A DNA stretch of 63,704 bases, counting the filler, from a bacterium (lineage in GTDB: Bacteria; JALSQH01): the NCBI GenBank assembly GCA_026985515.1. It is 13 parts of 13 records of this genome, joined end to end, with 100 filler letters (N's around TTAATTAATTAA, not from the genome) between each part and the next. Parts side by side here need not be neighbours in the genome. Positions count along the whole stretch, not along the records: positions 61,256 to 63,704 come from JALSQH010000167.1; 12 more parts are not named here. One strand, 5' to 3'. The notes under the pieces are model-generated. The model searched no databases, was not told where the DNA came from, and worked only from the letters and a program-made list of their open reading frames with translations. Of the stretch, positions 61,256 through 63,704 are shown piece by piece (position 1 is the first letter of the stretch; each line of letters begins with the position of its first letter). A program made the position numbers and the translations under genes.

Positions 61256-62447
61256 TGATTATATAGATTATAGAAGTGGAGAATCTCTCTATTTTGGTTT
61301 GTTTGATGAAATCCTTTTCCCAAGGGTTGTAACAAATTTTGCTGAAGAAAAAATCAATTATGTAGGTAGGGAACATTTTGCAATGGGGTCAGTAATATGT
61401 CACCTTATAAATGGAGTAATATCGTGCGCGGTTCATGCTGAGGGATTGGGTTTCAGAAATAATGTGAATTTTTATGGTAAATTTTCAGATTTTTATGAAT
61501 ATGTGTGGTTACCAGAGATGTACAGTGAAGAAGGGTTAGTCAATATACTTGGTATAAGTTCAAATAGGGAGCTTTTTGCTTATCGGTGGAAATTTAATGA
61601 AAGTGGTTACATGGAGTATATATACTCAGATAAGATTTCAGATGTTGTGATATATTATCCTGGCCGATATTTCTTTTTAACCCCAAAAGGTAGCAAAGTG
61701 ATTGGAACAGATGGGAAATTACCTCCTTACTATTTATTCATTACTGGTTCCACCGCTTATTATGCCAATTTTATTAGTGGTTTTGTGGATGGATTTCAAA
61801 ATTTACGGAAAAGGAAACTTGAGAATTACAGTAATAGAGATAAGTTGCTGGAAGTAGTTGGTGCAGATGTGGAATCATTTAAAGATGTGTGTTTCCTGAC
61901 TCCGGAAAATGTGGTGAAATGTCCATTTCTTGGAGTAAATATCCAGATACCTGATCTCAGAGATAGGGATAGTATTTGTGTATATCATTCTTTGGCTGAC
62001 AGGGAGAGTTACGCTATTGAGTATATAAATGTGAATAACAGCCTTGTGTACAGGAGATTTAGAGCTGGTGAGGATCATGGATTAATATTCAGGATAGTCC
62101 CTGAGGATAATGAGCTTGCAGGATTTAAGAAAAAACTCTGTGGTGTGCCGAGGGCTCTTTTGAATAGCGGAGGAGTAATGGATGGAATTCTTGTAAACAG
62201 TAAGAATCTTTTATTTGAAGAAAATCTGTTTGATGATTTCAGTGCACCTTTGAAGAGGGAGTATGAGTGTAAAGCGGGAATTGGGGAAGGACCGGATTCA
62301 CTCAATTATAGAGTTTTTGGTCTTGATTGTACTGATACAGTAAACAGGGATGGTTTTTTCACTGCCCTGATCGGGAATGTACCTTTCCCTGTTGTAGAGG
62401 GAGTACCCGGGACAGTGAAGTTTAATGTAAAAATTGAAGAATGGTAA
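61256..62447 (+). CDS. Hypothetical protein, probably 5' truncated
   Basis: ORF of more than 380 aa, AT-rich, no recognised motif. Confidence 0.6.
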
Positions 62448-62469
62448 ACACCTTACCCGGAGGTCAGCC

Positions 62470-63704
62470 ATGAAGAAACTTGTACTATTTTTGATCCCTC
62501 TTATCTTGTTTCTTGCCTCCTGCCATAAGAAAGAACCTGAAAAGAGGAATCCAACCCGGCAGGAACTTTGCAAAAAGACAGTAGAACATTTTCCTATTAC
62601 CATTACGGGAATTACAGATGCGAGAGTATACTGCGTTGATGTTGAGTTTAAAGATAGTGAGCTTGAACTAAGAAGGAATGAGTATCTCTTTGTTGGTGAT
62701 GTTTACAATGCTCTTAAATCAATGAACAACCTTGTTGGTGCTTTGAATCTTCAGGGAAGCTCATCTTCTCCCTTTGAGGAGAGTGTTGATCTTTCTTCCA
62801 GTGGTATTAAGGCTTCTCTCAGTGGAGCTGTAAATGATGCTCTTGGTTACATTGAGGATCTTTTCAGCAGAATAAAAGTTATAACTTCATATTCTGAGAA
62901 TGAGATAACCATGGATGTTTCTGGTGTAAGTGTGAGGTTAAGTGGTGCAGGTAAACTCTTTCCCGGAAGCAGTACTTCAGTCGCAGTGGTGAGTTTGGAT
63001 GGAGTGTGGGGATTGGCAGAGGTGGATTTCTGGGGAGCTATATTTTCAGGTTTTTACGGGTTGTGGGATGTGGTAATTTCCCAGTATCTTGGAATTTCGG
63101 GAAACTGGATTTCCATATTCAATGATTACAGGAGAATGGTGGGAAATGAAAATTTACTTTCCAGCAGTGTTGGACCACATTTTATAGCCCATGTTCTTGG
63201 TAATTACAGGGATCTGTTTACCTGGGATAGTGATGGGAAGAAATTTTACATGAAGAGCCGGATCTATTTTGATGGAATGCTGAGTTATCTTTTTGGAAGG
63301 GATGATTCCCTTACTTTTCCTGATACATCCACCTTTGTTGCACCGGCAGGTAAGGGATTGATTGAACTACTAAAGGACAGAGTAGTTCCTGATGGAAAGG
63401 AGTCTCCCTACTACATCTCAGTTATTGATAAAGATAGTGATGGAGAAATATCAGCTGGTGATTATATCTCAATAAAAGGGATAAGAAGCGTTTACAGGGC
63501 GGAAGGTAACGAAGATGTGGAGGGTTACATTTTGAATCCCTTTACACCTTCTCTCCTGTCAGAGTTTGAGAGTATGGGAAAGAAAATAATGGGTCAGCTT
63601 GAGAGTTATGAAAGTTCTACTGATGGTATTGAGGTGGGTAAATTTTTATCTGATTTAATGTTGAGTCTGGCAAAACTTGACAATTATTCCGGGCAGATTA
63701 CAGA
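62470..63704 (+). CDS. Hypothetical lipoprotein with EF-hand-like DxDxDG motif, runs off window end
   Basis: Not in ORF track. GGAGG RBS; MKKLVLFLIPLILFLASC lipobox; frame open to the end; DKDSDGEISAGD. Confidence 0.75.
   Translation, partial: MKKLVLFLIPLILFLASCHKKEPEKRNPTRQELCKKTVEHFPITITGITDARVYCVDVEFKDSELELRRNEYLFVGDVYNALKSMNNLVGALNLQGSSSSPFEESVDLSSSGIKASLSGAVNDALGYIEDLFSRIKVITSYSENEITMDVSGVSVRLSGAGKLFPGSSTSVAVVSLDGVWGLAEVDFWGAIFSGFYGLWDVVISQYLGISGNWISIFNDYRRMVGNENLLSSSVGPHFIAHVLGNYRDLFTWDSDGKKFYMKSRIYFDGMLSYLFGRDDSLTFPDTSTFVAPAGKGLIELLKDRVVPDGKESPYYISVIDKDSDGEISAGDYISIKGIRSVYRAEGNEDVEGYILNPFTPSLLSEFESMGKKIMGQLESYESSTDGIEVGKFLSDLMLSLAKLDNYSGQIT

Overview
This window is not continuous sequence. 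It is 13 contigs joined by artificial 100-bp spacers (N44-TTAATTAATTAA-N44), probably from a metagenome-assembled genome. The organism looks like an AT-rich, diderm, probably anaerobic and thermophilic deltaproteobacterium-like bacterium (LPS heptosyltransferases, TonB/ExbBD, a glycyl radical enzyme, His-type Thi4, Myxococcota/Desulfobacterota-style TPR, zinc-ribbon and DUF4388 proteins). Most of the window is housekeeping (metG, holB, tmk, prmA, rsmE, mpl, efp, ilvE, glnE, queE, an Fe3+ ABC transporter, a MoxR/DUF58 operon). Five things stand out. (1) A GC-rich, highly base-paired ~222-bp tandem repeat breaks two contigs (24251-24423 and 40494-40958) and shows a compensatory substitution between copies. 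(2) An integron-like tyrosine recombinase lacks the IntI I2 insertion but has a HARP-like N-terminal domain; it is preceded by a promoter embedded in G-tracts and followed by an attI-like site exactly at a contig break. (3) A glycyl radical enzyme is fused to an SCP2-like lipid-binding domain. (4) The palindrome TTGACAT-N2-ATGTCAA lies upstream of two acyl-CoA metabolism genes on different contigs. (5) A TrpE/PabB-like protein appears catalytically eroded. Several frameshifts fall in homopolymers and look like sequencing errors. I found no rRNA, tRNA or CRISPR array. All family assignments come from motif recognition by eye, not from database searches.
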